This document shows positions 20,565 through 31,942 of a stretch of DNA of 64,000 bases, piece by piece. Source of the DNA: Nitrososphaerales archaeon (GTDB lineage Archaea > Thermoproteota > Nitrososphaeria > Nitrososphaerales > UBA213); contig CBDAOC010000020.1 in assembly GCA_965197925.1 (NCBI GenBank), positions 544,001 through 608,000 of the forward strand, written 5' to 3'. Made by a program: the position numbers and the translations under genes. Positions within the stretch are counted from its first letter, which is position 1. Each line of letters starts with the position of its first letter. The notes under the pieces are model-generated. The model worked only from the letters and a program-made list of their open reading frames with translations, was not told the DNA's origin and did no database searches.

Positions 20565-20738
20565 TCATGCAGGAAATAATATCCTTATAAGTATAGATAC
20601 CCCAGTGAGGGACCCAGCAATAGCAAAGACGATCTCCGGTCTTATCTTAAATCCTTTTGTCTCATCCTCAAAGAACCTTAGTAAGCCTGCGCTTGAAGCA
20701 GGCAAAGGAGCAGATTTTTTGCTTTTTCGTGAGCTCAT
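20565..20738 (-). CDS. secG: Preprotein translocase subunit Sec61beta (archaeal SecG)
   Basis: Not in the ORF track. Translates MSSRKSKKSAPLPASSAGLLRFFEDETKGFKIRPEIVFAIAGSLTGVSILIRILFPA, with the SAGLLRFF..E...KI.P signature and one TM helix. Confidence 0.93.
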   Translation of the reverse strand: MSSRKSKKSAPLPASSAGLLRFFEDETKGFKIRPEIVFAIAGSLTGVSILIRILFPA

Positions 20739-20778
20739 ATTCAGCTATTTAATCTCCTAAAATATAATAAATATCTTG

Positions 20779-21150
20779 CTATGAAGATTTGTATTCATTT
20801 GATATCTTCTCAAGTACTACTAAGTAATTCCTGATCAATTCTGTCAAATCTGCCTGCTTGTTATGATCTTTTTCAGATTTTAAAGCCGGGAGCAACTCAC
20901 TGATTTTTAGCAAAACTATTTTTCTAAGTTCTATTACAACTTCTCCAGTTTCTATTTGTCTATCACTAGTTTTTGCCTGCTTTTTACCATTTTCTGTAAA
21001 TTCAATATCTTCCTCGTTTCCACAATTCACACAAATGAGCTTACCAGAAAACTTTACCTGGACCCCAGCACATATAGAACAGGATTCACTAACAAGCGTA
21101 CCACCTTTTCTGATTAGCTCTGCCGCTGTATTCATGCGTTCCTTGCTCAA
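20779..21150 (-). CDS. Autoantigen p27 (SSSCA1)-like zinc-ribbon protein
   Basis: AAELIRKGGTLVSESCSICAG...ICVNCG. Confidence 0.85.
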   Translation of the reverse strand: MSKERMNTAAELIRKGGTLVSESCSICAGVQVKFSGKLICVNCGNEEDIEFTENGKKQAKTSDRQIETGEVVIELRKIVLLKISELLPALKSEKDHNKQADLTELIRNYLVVLEKISNEYKSS

Positions 21151-21271
21151 AACTATATTTAATTTGGCAAAGTATCATAAAAACAATACGTATCGTGGTT
21201 TCGAATAGTAATAAATACATCGACTAATCTAAATTAAGCCAAGGGAAGGAAGGCTTAATAATCGGATATGT

Positions 21272-21595
21272 ATGAATTTTTCATTGATAGTGATTATCTG
21301 CAAAAAATGCGGACTACCAGATGATTTATGTGCCTGTGGCGAACTAGAAAAGGAGGAGACTAGGATTGTTGTACGTCTCGAAAAGAGGCGATTTAATAAG
21401 CCTACTACGATGATAGAAGGTTTTAATCCTAAACTTGCTGACTTGGATAAGATTGTAAAAAAGCTGAAAAATCGTTTAGCATGTGGAGGAACAACAAAAG
21501 AAGGTTATATTATGTTGCAGGGTGATCATAGAGATGTTATAAAAAACCATTTGATTGATCTAGGATTTAAGGAATCTTCAATAGACGTTCATTAA
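21272..21595 (+). CDS. Translation initiation factor aIF-1 / SUI1
   Basis: CKKCGLPDDLCAC, LKNRLACGGT, LQGDHR. The true start is probably a few codons downstream. Confidence 0.93.
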   Translation: MNFSLIVIICKKCGLPDDLCACGELEKEETRIVVRLEKRRFNKPTTMIEGFNPKLADLDKIVKKLKNRLACGGTTKEGYIMLQGDHRDVIKNHLIDLGFKESSIDVH

Positions 21596-21596
21596 G

Positions 21597-22628
21597 GTGC
21601 AAGTAATGCACCTAAAGTCTGTTTTTTGGAATTTCCTCCAGCTTTTTTATTCTGCTATTATAGGAACAATATTCGTTCTAATGATCCTATCCTTTCCATT
21701 AGGAGCCTATGTCATTTTCAATACAGACCTGGGTTCAACTATAACTGACGAAATTCCTTTAGACAGTTTTTACATATTCCTGGGAGGTCTTGCGGTAGAT
21801 CTACCTGTAAAAAATGAATTAGGAGAGATATTTATTATAATATGGTGTTTTTACCTGTTCTTCTTTGCTATACTCATGCTTGGTCCCACGAAGAACATCT
21901 TGCAGTCACTCGTCAAAGGTCAAGGAGGAAACGAACATGCCCATAGAGATAATGCGCTGGTTATGGTTATTTTATCACTAGCTGTATTACTTGTAATATC
22001 AAAGGCATTAGAGATTGTACAACAGTCAGTAGGAATTAGCACAGGTGCCGTTGAATTTTCTAACCCATTGATCCAGTTCTTTAACATAACAGCTGCCCCA
22101 ATACGAGAAGAGCTGGGTTTCAGAGTTGTTTTAATAGGCATACCTGCATACATTATTCTGGCAAAAAGACATTCTCTTGCATATTTCTTCAAGACATTGT
22201 GGTATCCAAACAGGCATATTGTAAACCACCGAAACACGTGTAAGGATATGTACTTGTTGATAACTCTAAGCGCAATAATCTTCGGATTGGCACATCTTTT
22301 CTATGGTGGCGGATGGAGTTACGGCAAGATCACCCAAGCTATGATTGGGGGATGGATCATCGGGTGGCTTTATTATAGATACGGTCTGCATTCTGCGATA
22401 TTAATGCACTGGAGTACTAATTACTTCATATTTTCTTATGGTTACTTTGGGAATACGGTTTGGGGTTTTAGCGAGAATATCACGAGTGATAATCCATTAC
22501 TTGGGGTTATTGACTTCTTACTTACAATAGCGGGAATAATTACAGTTGGTATTTTTTTGCAAAAAAAGATAAAGGAGTACATTAACGTAAAGGAACAAAA
22601 TAGTTTTAAAGACAGTAATATTATGTAG
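21597..22628 (+). CDS. CPBP (CAAX/Abi) intramembrane glutamic metalloprotease
   Basis: APIREELGFR, FGLAH, AILMHWSTN, multiple TM helices. Confidence 0.9.
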   Translation: MQVMHLKSVFWNFLQLFYSAIIGTIFVLMILSFPLGAYVIFNTDLGSTITDEIPLDSFYIFLGGLAVDLPVKNELGEIFIIIWCFYLFFFAILMLGPTKNILQSLVKGQGGNEHAHRDNALVMVILSLAVLLVISKALEIVQQSVGISTGAVEFSNPLIQFFNITAAPIREELGFRVVLIGIPAYIILAKRHSLAYFFKTLWYPNRHIVNHRNTCKDMYLLITLSAIIFGLAHLFYGGGWSYGKITQAMIGGWIIGWLYYRYGLHSAILMHWSTNYFIFSYGYFGNTVWGFSENITSDNPLLGVIDFLLTIAGIITVGIFLQKKIKEYINVKEQNSFKDSNIM

Positions 22629-22632
22629 CGTT

Positions 22633-23154
22633 ATGACCATTACTGGCAAGAGTGAATTTGTTAAACTTGTAGAAAAATACCATTGTATATACCCTTTTAC
22701 ACATGTTCTTCTTGATGGTGATGGATACGTTCTTACAATGAAGGACGAAGTTACACTAAACTACTTGGAGCATAGGAATATGATATCTAATGAGGTGGTC
22801 TTTGCACCCCCAAATTATGTGGCACATCTAACTGCCAAGAGTAAGTACGGAAGGCTTGGTCTTTCATTCCTAAATGCCGCTAAGGTTCACAGCGGCTTCG
22901 TGGGGAGACTGGCCCTAGAACTAGTAAATTTAAGCAACGAACGCACGCCCATCACAATCAAGCATGGTAGTCCGCTCATACATGTAGAATTCATTAGTAG
23001 GAGTGGTGACCCATCCCCATACGAGGGAGAATTTCAGTTTCAATATATGGATGAACATGAAGTTGGTTTATACATGGATGTGATAAGTAGGGAATTCTCC
23101 GAAGCCTTTGATATAACTAGACTTCAAGATAAAGTAAAGAAAAGAGTTCTTTGA
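22633..23154 (+). CDS. dCTP deaminase / dUTPase superfamily protein
   Basis: AKSKYGRLGL, VHSGFVGRLALELVN, YEGEFQFQ. Confidence 0.85.
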   Translation: MTITGKSEFVKLVEKYHCIYPFTHVLLDGDGYVLTMKDEVTLNYLEHRNMISNEVVFAPPNYVAHLTAKSKYGRLGLSFLNAAKVHSGFVGRLALELVNLSNERTPITIKHGSPLIHVEFISRSGDPSPYEGEFQFQYMDEHEVGLYMDVISREFSEAFDITRLQDKVKKRVL

Positions 23155-23269
23155 TCAGATTCTTTAATAGATACCCTTCAAAAAATAGCTCCAACTATGA
23201 GGTAATAGTATTTTTAAAAAGTTAATTACTATAAACAAATTTAAGTAACTACGATTTTAGATTTGACCG

Positions 23270-23782
23270 ATGTCTAAGGGTGACGATACTAAGTACAAGA
23301 AAGGAGGAAAAAACATCTACAATGGTATCGTCAGATTGGTATCGTTCATACAGAGAGCACTGGAAACAGGAAAGTCAAACTACGGTGAAATGAATGAGAT
23401 TGATAAATATTTTACATATTGTATGAGGGCTCATGCTGATGATATTTCTTTGCACATGGACAATATACTGAATAAATATAAGAACGATATTCGATATAAA
23501 CAATTTAGGGATGATCTACTTGGGGTTTTTAGGAATATTGATAAAAATGGCATAAATGCGTATGAGAAACTCCTTACCACAAATGGGAGAATAAACAAAA
23601 ACCTTCTAGAACAATTGGTTCAGTTCGATACAGAAATAACTGCATCCATGAACATGATCAAAACCGCTTTTATGATTGCCAAGAACCATGGTGAGCTGAC
23701 CGAAGAGGAAATACATGAAATATCCTGTATGGTGAATGAACTAATGAAAACTATTTCCAAAAGAAAAAAAATAGTGAAGTGA
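23270..23782 (+). CDS. Hypothetical helical protein
   Basis: Clean 170-aa ORF with a TATA-like TTTAAG upstream. No motif recognised. Confidence 0.65.
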   Translation: MSKGDDTKYKKGGKNIYNGIVRLVSFIQRALETGKSNYGEMNEIDKYFTYCMRAHADDISLHMDNILNKYKNDIRYKQFRDDLLGVFRNIDKNGINAYEKLLTTNGRINKNLLEQLVQFDTEITASMNMIKTAFMIAKNHGELTEEEIHEISCMVNELMKTISKRKKIVK

Positions 23783-24040
23783 ATTTATCATTTAACATAT
23801 ACTGGAGTTTTATTCATTGGTGTAAGAGTAGGAGGCGATTAAAGGGTTCAGGAGAAAATTTCTAGCGCGTACGTGTTCTCACTTTCATCTCTAGCTTTTA
23901 CCTATTCTAATAGATTAATACTGTTAATATATTTCATTCATGATTAAAAATTTAGCCAAGTCTACTTTTTAATCGGAATTATATAAACAAAACTTCTTTC
24001 ACTAAACTATTATTGGTTATAGAAGATTCTGATAATTAGA

Positions 24041-25134
24041 TGAGGCATGGGCATTATTCCATATAACAAAAATAACTTGATGCCTCTGATTGATTAACTT
24101 CCCAACATGTGCTTCAATGCCCTTAATGGTCTTCCTGTCAAGTAGTTATAGTATACCATCAGCTGGTATAGCAATATAGAAATCAGAACGATGCTCCTAG
24201 CTTTATCAAATCCTCTAACTGGCAATGGATCTATGGTAAATACATCCTTCATATGCTCTATCAATGGTTCAACGCTTATGCTTCTTTGCGAATATACATG
24301 CTGCCCATATTCAGAGTTATAGAACTGCAGCAATGCCAGTCTATTATCTGTAGTATGCTTGTACCTTTCCAATGGGAATACTGGATGCCCTCTATACCTG
24401 CTGAAATCACATAACTTGTGATCATCATATCCTTCATCTCCTACAACATACCTTACCATTCCTGTAGGCAATGAAGATGTTATGCTTTCATACATCTTGT
24501 TATCAGTAATGTTAGCTGTTGTGAAATCAGCTGACAATGGAACTATCAACGAACCTGTGCTAGATGCTAGATGCATCTTGTATCCGAATATCCATCCCTT
24601 GGTTCTGCTGTAGCCCCATCGAGCATCTGTATCTATACCGGAGCGTGGCACTTCATTCTTCTTCATGCTAGATTTGTGCCATACATGTCCCTTTGCTTTC
24701 AACAAGGAACTATCAACGGATACTATGGCTGGGTCTACCAACCCATCTTTTATGAAGAGCATACCCATAGCACCTATCCTTGATCTTATGTCAATTGATA
24801 TGGCCTTGAACCTTCTATCAAACGTCCTTCTGTCTGGTAATCTATCAAGACCACATGCCTTCATTACCTTCCTGTTGTATGGCATGTCTATCGAATAGTA
24901 TTCATGCAAAGCATTGTTGCCTGGTATTCTTACCCATACTCTAACGATGAAGCATCTACCATAACTGTAGGAGAATAGTAGAATGGTCTACCCCTTTTCC
25001 TATTAGGTTTTGACCAAGGAATCACGTCAATCAAAAATAATATACGAAGGAGTATCGAGTCTGAGCTAAACATATCAACAATAAAAACTAGAACCTGATC
25101 TTATCGTTTCGAACTAAATTACGCCCAAGCCTCA
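24041..25134 (-). mobile_element. Insertion sequence with DDE_Tnp_1-type transposase (frameshifted near N-terminus) and 6-bp target duplication
   Basis: TIRs TGAGGCATGGGCATTATT and TGAGGCTTGGGCGTAATT (15/18), with ATTAGA on both flanks (24035..24040, 25135..25140). DDE motifs VDSS, FGYKMH, GDEGYD, RSISVE. The N-terminus from 25073 (MFSSDSILLR..RGRP) is out of frame. Confidence 0.9.
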
Positions 25135-26403
25135 ATTAGATAAGAAGTTCTAAAATGCCAGCTACTGACCCGGTTTCATCTAGTATGAGATAGGATCGAT
25201 GTACCAATGTATGTTGCCATCTAGCCTTTTCTTACCATTAAAACAAGATCTTTCACCCCCACATCCATTCTTATCAATGAAGCCGTTCTATTCTTGCACA
25301 CTCCAATCAGTATACAGGTATCCGAAACAAGCAGGTCTTCATCTATAAAGTATTTTACAGAAATTGTTAGACTAAATTCTATCACTTCTATTGAGGTCAC
25401 CATCTCTTGAAGCAAATATTCTTTTTCAAAATATCCAAGGGACATTCTTACTCGAATGATATCTAAGATTTTAGGATCAATATCCTCACCGTGAGCTACA
25501 GTAAAAACACTAACTGAATTTCCTTTAGTTCAATCTTATTTATCAAATATAATACTAACGATCGTCAGGCATATCATAACGGAATTTGACACCTCAAACC
25601 CCTGTTCAATCAATTCTCCTATTGTAATAATGTCCCAATTGAAACCATTAAATCTCCATTATTTTTCCTATTGTTTGAAAGAGAGCCAGATTCTGCCGAA
25701 CAAGACTTGCCGATTCTTATAGTTGTTTCTTTCATTGGTGGATAGTATGTCTGACCGCCTGCAATTCTTGCTACTGCCTCTATGATCACTCGATAGTTTC
25801 AGTTTATCAACTTTGTTTCTATCAGTGTTTAACAATTGTGTTATTAATTTATCCTTGATTTGTTCGAGGTAAATATTCTTTCATGTCAAATATAACTGTG
25901 ATTGTTTTCAATCCCTGGAACAACCTTCTTAATTCATATTGTAGAACATTCCCCATTAGGCGTATTATCAAAGTAAAACATCTTAATTTATGAACCTCTA
26001 TCAAGCAGCATATTGTTTTACTCTTCAGGGTAAACTCAAATATACCACGCTAATCCAGGTATTTTACATAAAGGGTTGTAACCACCGATATCTGTTTGTG
26101 CGACTAACTATGCAAGCGGAATATTTCCTAACTTGTCGGTGCTCATGAATATTACATCATCACGATCCAATGCATGGCCCTGGAATCCATATTAGAATTC
26201 GGTCCTGCCAATTATACAGTAAGATTATTTCCCAATTTTATTTTATCTTCATCCTTTTTTAGATGAACGTTATAGTCAATTACAAAATAACATAGCAATT
26301 AGGATAAAGATATCAGTGCAACACCTAGGACGTACCCAAAGAGTTTCTCAGTAATATGATTAGTTTGTAATAATTGATGTTTTATGAAACGCTAAACAAA
26401 AAG

Positions 26404-27315
26404 TTAAAGTTTAAGGGCCAACTTAAGACCCTTGTATCTGTTCCTTATAGTTACTTCTGTAACACCAGCCGCTTCTGCCACATCCTTTTGCGTCTTGTTT
26501 TCACTATTCATGACGCATGCAACATAAAGTGCTGCTGCTGCTAGACCCATTGGATCTTTCCCTGCAGAAATCTTTTCTTCTTCAGCTTTCTTTAATATGT
26601 CAAGTGCTTTTCTCTTAGTCTTTTCCGTCAAACCAGCCTTTCCTGCTATCCTAGCGACACATCTAACTGGATCAACAACTGGCATCTTCAAATCAAGTTC
26701 TCTTATCAACAATCTGTAGCACCTTGCCACATCTTTTTTCTTTATATTGCTGGATCCGGCAATATCTTTTAAGGTTCTTGGGGTTTCGGTATCTCTGCAT
26801 GCAGCATACAGTGCTGCAGCAACTAGTGCAGAGATCGATCTACCTCTTACAAGCCCTTTTTCAAGGGCTTTCCTATAGATATAGGCAGCTTTTTCTATTA
26901 CAGCATCACCTACTGCCAACTTATCCTTCAATCTGTCGAGCTCGCTGAACGCTTGCCTAAAATTTCTGTCAACGGGCTCATGAACTTGGCTTCTGCTGTC
27001 CCATGTTCGTAAACGTTCTATCGTGCTCTTCATTGAGGCTGATAATGGTTTACCTGAAGCATCTTTGTCTATTGGTCCTATTATAGTTGCTAGACCCATA
27101 TCATGCATTGCAAGTGATGTTGGAATACCGGCCCTACTCCTATCTTCATGTTCCTCTTTCGAAAACGCTCTCCACTCTGGACCAAGTTCTGCAATTCTTT
27201 CTGTTAAAACGAAGCCACAACCTCCGCAGAACATTTCACCAGTAGCATTATCTGTTACCATAGGTCCCTTACCACACCTTGGACATCTTTCACTAGTAGA
27301 AACATCTTTCTCCAT
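26404..27315 (-). CDS. tfb: Transcription initiation factor IIB (TFB)
   Basis: Zn ribbon CPRC..CGGCG, GPEWRAF, two cyclin repeats (GRS..AAALY, GKDP..AAAALY), VTEVTIRNRY. Confidence 0.97.
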   Translation of the reverse strand: MEKDVSTSERCPRCGKGPMVTDNATGEMFCGGCGFVLTERIAELGPEWRAFSKEEHEDRSRAGIPTSLAMHDMGLATIIGPIDKDASGKPLSASMKSTIERLRTWDSRSQVHEPVDRNFRQAFSELDRLKDKLAVGDAVIEKAAYIYRKALEKGLVRGRSISALVAAALYAACRDTETPRTLKDIAGSSNIKKKDVARCYRLLIRELDLKMPVVDPVRCVARIAGKAGLTEKTKRKALDILKKAEEEKISAGKDPMGLAAAALYVACVMNSENKTQKDVAEAAGVTEVTIRNRYKGLKLALKL

Positions 27316-27460
27316 TTCCTATCACTAAAAATTCTGAAAGCTAAGGTATTTATATTATGTATATAAATCTTGTGTCTATTGAAGGCATCTCGAAACTCTC
27401 TAAGGTTAGTGAAACTTCGCTCACTCAATTTGTGAGCACTTTAATATTATTTGAAATTTA

Positions 27461-28407
27461 GGCTCTGTAGAAACCATACCATCAATACACTCAATATATG
27501 CTTTTTGTAGATATTACTCTTAACATCAATTCCCTATTTTGCATCTTCACCAGTCTTGATGCTATATGCCCACCAAATGCGTTTTATCACAGTCAACATC
27601 GTCTCATCCTTGTTCCTCTGGCAGTATAGATATGTATAAGAATATCCTCTTCTTTTGCTCCCTGCATTTTCCATGGTTTTCCATACTGGAACATCTACAT
27701 ACCTGTCGGATATGATACTAACAGCAAAGTTCTTCCCGTACAAATTAATGAATTATTTCACTTTCATAGCCCTTGGCTGCTGCAATGTTAGTGGCGTTAT
27801 CCTAAACGCTCTTTCCATAATGGGCACTAAATCTAGTATCAGGTTTTGGAGTCCTTCTTATCTTCGATGAGCATGCTACCTGCACTCTTTATTCTGCACC
27901 TATTGATAGGTTGATGTACTCCCTTATTCCTATTCTATCTGAATAGTATGATGATGCGTTACTGGATCTGAATCCAGAAGCATCTCTTCCTACGAACAAT
28001 TTCCTAATCTTGGTTGAGTATGAATGAAGAAATTATTCTGTACAGCGATGAACCATTGATTCTTGAAGTAAATTTCTGAAGGGGTGTATAGTATTACACC
28101 TTGTCTAACTGCAGAAACATTCTAAGATAGCATGCTTCATGCAGTCATTCTACAAACCTTCTGTAGCTCTTTCCTTCATACTGTCTGAATGCTAGAAGGA
28201 TAAGGTATTGCCATACTGTATAGATGTTATTGCTCTTCCTGTGGATGTAGAGAGGCATTCTGGACTTCATTAACACATTGAGTATAGTTTTGGCAAGTTT
28301 GACGTATCTAGACTCTTTCATGTATAGACATGAAAGGTATCTAAAATATTGCTCTCGCGGTGTAAATCCAAATACAACGAGCTAAAATTTTTGGTTTCTA
28401 CATAGCC
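27461..28407 (-). mobile_element. Archaeal IS5-family element, transposase pseudogene
   Basis: TIRs GGCTCTGTAGAAACC and GGCTATGTAGAAACC (14/15). Minus-strand frame MKESRYVKLAK...YTVWQYLILLAFRQYEGKSYRRFVE* has in-frame stops. The C-terminal part has YCQRNKDETMLTVIKR. Confidence 0.85.
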
Positions 28408-28499
28408 TGGATGTGCAAGCTTTACTTAGATACCCTTTAATCTCCAAACTACTGAATATTAATTATGCTACAAAATCCAAATAAGCTGTGTAAATAAAA

Positions 28500-31373
28500 A
28501 TGACTAGCAACAATATCTTTTCTACATTTGCAAGACCGTTACAAAGAGCCATACAGGAAAGGGGATTTCTCAACCCTACAGATCCCCAATTAAGAGCTAT
28601 TCCATTACTACTGGAAGGAAGAAACTTGCTTTTGGTTTCCCCTACGGGAACCGGAAAAACGGAAGCGGCGTTTCTCCCGATTCTCAATATATTATATTCG
28701 GAGCAGGAAAAAATTCATGGTATAAAGGCAATATTCATCACTCCACTTAGGGCCCTGAACAGAGATCTACTTGAAAGATTGCAGTGGTGGTGCAAGTATC
28801 TGGATATAAAAATTGCTCTAAGGCATGGTGATACAGATGTGAAGGATAGGGGAAGGCAAGCTTTGGTACCACCAGAAATCTTGATAACAACTCCGGAAAC
28901 CTTACAAGCGATACTTCCAGGTTTTCTGATGCAGAGACATTTGATGAAGGTTAGGTTTGTAATTATCGATGAAGTTCATGAGCTGGCCGATGATAAACGA
29001 GGAAGTCAACTTGCATTAGCATTGGAGAGGCTTAGAGAACTTGTGCATGAAGATTTTCATGTCATAGGTTTATCAGCTACTATAGGTACACCGGAAAAGG
29101 TAGCGAACTTTCTAGTGGGTAATGATAAACCCTGTGAAGTTGTTAAGGTCCCGGTGGCTAGATGTATGCAGTTGGAGGTTGTTTATCCTGAAGCAGCCCC
29201 AGTCGATCATAAGCTTGCAACAAAACTTTTGACATTCCCTGAAGCTGCTGCAAGGCTTAGAATAATTAGGGAACTTGTACAGAAGCACCGCTCAGTCCTA
29301 ATCTTCACGAATACCAGGAGTGAAGCAGAAATTCTAGCTAATAGATTCAGGATCTGGAACATAGACTGTCCTATAGGTCTTCACCATGGATCACTATCTA
29401 AGCCCACGAGGGTAAATACGGAGATTCAACTCAAGGAAGGAAAGCTTCATGGTGTAATATGTACAAGCTCGCTTGAAATGGGTATTGATATAGGTTCGCT
29501 TGAAATGGTTATTCAATATAACTCCCCACGCCAAGTCACACGGCTTATGCAAAGAGTTGGAAGGAGCGGTCATACGGCAGCCCGGACAGCCAAGGGTGTC
29601 ATAATTACTCAGGATTCCGAAGATACACTTGAATCCATGGTAGTTGCAAGAAGGGCATATGAAGAGTTGTTAGAGCCAGTATCCATTCCTGATATGCCCT
29701 TGGATGTACTTGCACATCAAATTGCGGGTCTCCTTCTACACAGCAAAGAGTGGGTTCTTGACGACGTTCTTCAGCTGGTAAGGAGAGCTTATCCATATGC
29801 TGCCTTGAAGATGGATGATCTGATAAAAGTTTCAGAATACATGAATTCACGCTTTCCTAGGACTGCATGGCTATCCAGTGATAACAAGTATATCAAGAGG
29901 CCCATAAATCCTAAACAACTGTACAAGTATTATTTTGAAAATCTTTCTATGATACCGGAAGAAAAGCATTACCTTGTTTTGAAGGAAGATGAGACTCCAA
30001 TCGGTGTTCTGGATGAAGCGTTCGTTGCAGAGCATGGGGAGATAGGTACAAAGTTTGTGGAAGGTGGTTCCGTTTGGAAAATAATTCAAGTTTATAATGA
30101 CAGAATTTACGTTACTCCCGAGGATGATCCAACAGGAGCAATACCTAGCTGGGTTGGAGAGGAAATTCCTATTCCATTTGAAATTGCTCAGGAAGTAGGG
30201 ATGATTAGAGGTAAGGTCGAGAATGACCTTTTGGAACAAATAACCATGAGTCAGATAACACAAGAGATCTGTGACAAATACCCCGCCAAAAGGAAAACTG
30301 TTGAAAGAGCATTATCTGAAATCAAGGAACAAGTGGAGAGAAGATTGTCTATACCCACGGACAAGAGTATCACCATTGAGAATTGGGATTATTATTTGAT
30401 AATGAATTGTTGCTTTGGTCATTTGGTGAATAGAACCCTTAGTAAATTACTCGCCCATAGGCTTTCGGAAAAAGTAGGTAGTGCTGTTGAAGTGCAACAA
30501 GATGCCTTCAGAATCGTCATCAAGGGCGCATCAATTGATATCGATGAACTTGAAACATTATTACGTGAGCTTGTAAAGGAAGATATCAAAGAGCTATTCA
30601 TTGGCGCGTTAACCCGGACTGGAACTTTCAAGCGAAGAATTTTACATGTAGCGAAGAAGTTCGGAGCAATTGCAAAAACGGCTGACTTATCAAGTATCAG
30701 CCTGGGTAACATAATAGAAGGTTTTAGGGACACGGCAATATTTGAGGAAGCTGTAAGAACGGTCTTAAGGCTGGATTCTGACCTTGAGGGTACAGCAAAA
30801 GTATTGGAATTGATAGATAGTGGAGAAATTAAAATCGTTATTCTGGATAATAAAGACCAACTATCACCGCTATCCAGGATTGGTATGGAGGAAATGGGAA
30901 GACATTCTGATCTTATCCCTCCTCAGAGATTGCAAAAAATACTGTTAGAGTCCACAAAGGCCAGATTACTTTCTGAAGCAAGAACCTTGGTTTGTACTCA
31001 ATGCTGGGATCATGTTCGTACCAATTCAATTAAGGAATTAGCTAAGGATCTCAAATGCCATATCTGTACATCTACCAGTGTAGGCCTAACTGAAGAAACA
31101 GAACAGAGATGCATTTTACTCTGTGAGAAGATGCATTCCAATCCTTCGATTCTCCCAAAGAACTATGGGAGGCTACATAAAACTCTCATAAGATCAGCCG
31201 GACTTGCTACTAGGCATGGTTTTCTAAGTGCCATTGTCCTTGCAGGAAAAAATATTCCAGTGTCTGATGGAGAAAAGATCTTGGAAAATGTAAAACACTT
31301 TAATGATACGATGGTAGAATTGATCATGAAGGCTGAACGTCGTGCCTTAAAGAGACGATATTTTGGATCCTAG
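28500..31373 (+). CDS. lhr: Lhr-family SF2 (DEAH) helicase with C-terminal Cys cluster
   Basis: PTGTGKT, PLRALNRD, TTPETL, DEVHE, GLSAT, HHGSLS, QRVGRSGH, PLDVLAHQI, SMIPEE, PSWVGE, and CTQC..CHIC near the C-terminus. Confidence 0.95.
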   Translation: MTSNNIFSTFARPLQRAIQERGFLNPTDPQLRAIPLLLEGRNLLLVSPTGTGKTEAAFLPILNILYSEQEKIHGIKAIFITPLRALNRDLLERLQWWCKYLDIKIALRHGDTDVKDRGRQALVPPEILITTPETLQAILPGFLMQRHLMKVRFVIIDEVHELADDKRGSQLALALERLRELVHEDFHVIGLSATIGTPEKVANFLVGNDKPCEVVKVPVARCMQLEVVYPEAAPVDHKLATKLLTFPEAAARLRIIRELVQKHRSVLIFTNTRSEAEILANRFRIWNIDCPIGLHHGSLSKPTRVNTEIQLKEGKLHGVICTSSLEMGIDIGSLEMVIQYNSPRQVTRLMQRVGRSGHTAARTAKGVIITQDSEDTLESMVVARRAYEELLEPVSIPDMPLDVLAHQIAGLLLHSKEWVLDDVLQLVRRAYPYAALKMDDLIKVSEYMNSRFPRTAWLSSDNKYIKRPINPKQLYKYYFENLSMIPEEKHYLVLKEDETPIGVLDEAFVAEHGEIGTKFVEGGSVWKIIQVYNDRIYVTPEDDPTGAIPSWVGEEIPIPFEIAQEVGMIRGKVENDLLEQITMSQITQEICDKYPAKRKTVERALSEIKEQVERRLSIPTDKSITIENWDYYLIMNCCFGHLVNRTLSKLLAHRLSEKVGSAVEVQQDAFRIVIKGASIDIDELETLLRELVKEDIKELFIGALTRTGTFKRRILHVAKKFGAIAKTADLSSISLGNIIEGFRDTAIFEEAVRTVLRLDSDLEGTAKVLELIDSGEIKIVILDNKDQLSPLSRIGMEEMGRHSDLIPPQRLQKILLESTKARLLSEARTLVCTQCWDHVRTNSIKELAKDLKCHICTSTSVGLTEETEQRCILLCEKMHSNPSILPKNYGRLHKTLIRSAGLATRHGFLSAIVLAGKNIPVSDGEKILENVKHFNDTMVELIMKAERRALKRRYFGS

Positions 31374-31942
31374 TCAACTGATTCTTCAATCGGAGTTTTT
31401 TCTGAAAGAATTAGGCTCAGCAGTGTTTTCTGATCTATTTCGGCCTTTGCTCGCCAACCGATAATTATTATATCCTTTTCTTCGACAAAATATCCTCTTC
31501 TTATGAACCTATCAAGGTTAAGCTGAACTTTCCACTTCGGGAATTTTTCACGCAAGACTTGTTCCAGATCCTTCCGCCTGACCTTACCTTGTCTGGGAAT
31601 CAAGTAAGCTATACCCGCAGCCAGTACCGCTATGTCATCTATCCTTAACCCTAGTGTACCCGTCTCAATTCTAGATAATGGTTCTTTGATTACAATGAAG
31701 AATCTTGCCGAATCCAGTACCTCAGATTCTGATTGATTTTCCTTTTCCTCTACAGAGACCGTCTTAACAGATAGTCCTAACGTCGCGATTTGAGTATTTA
31801 ATATGTCAACATATTTCTGATAATCTTTGCCCAGTACCTTCCGCAGCTCCCAACCCTTTACTCCAGGATACCTGTGTTTCTGAAGAACCAACATCTGAAA
31901 AGCCCTTCCAACTTTTCCACTAACTTGAGCTTCCTCAGACAT
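31370..31942 (-). CDS. Putative KITE subunit (ScpB/Nse1/Nse3-like tandem winged helix)
   Basis: 190 aa with two wHTH-like halves (WELRKVLG..ILNTQIATLGLSV; RKDLEQVL..LDRFIRRGYF..IGWRAKAEI). Last gene of an overlapping operon with the kleisin-like and SMC genes. The fold is inferred. Confidence 0.65.
   Translation of the reverse strand: MSEEAQVSGKVGRAFQMLVLQKHRYPGVKGWELRKVLGKDYQKYVDILNTQIATLGLSVKTVSVEEKENQSESEVLDSARFFIVIKEPLSRIETGTLGLRIDDIAVLAAGIAYLIPRQGKVRRKDLEQVLREKFPKWKVQLNLDRFIRRGYFVEEKDIIIIGWRAKAEIDQKTLLSLILSEKTPIEESVD

Noticed and set aside
20530..20760. 76-aa plus-strand ORF
   Set aside because: Antisense to the clearly recognisable Sec61beta gene.
25141..26400. Possible gene remnants downstream of tfb (incl. 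ORF 25221..25445)
   Set aside because: Coding-like patches with many stops. No family could be recognised.
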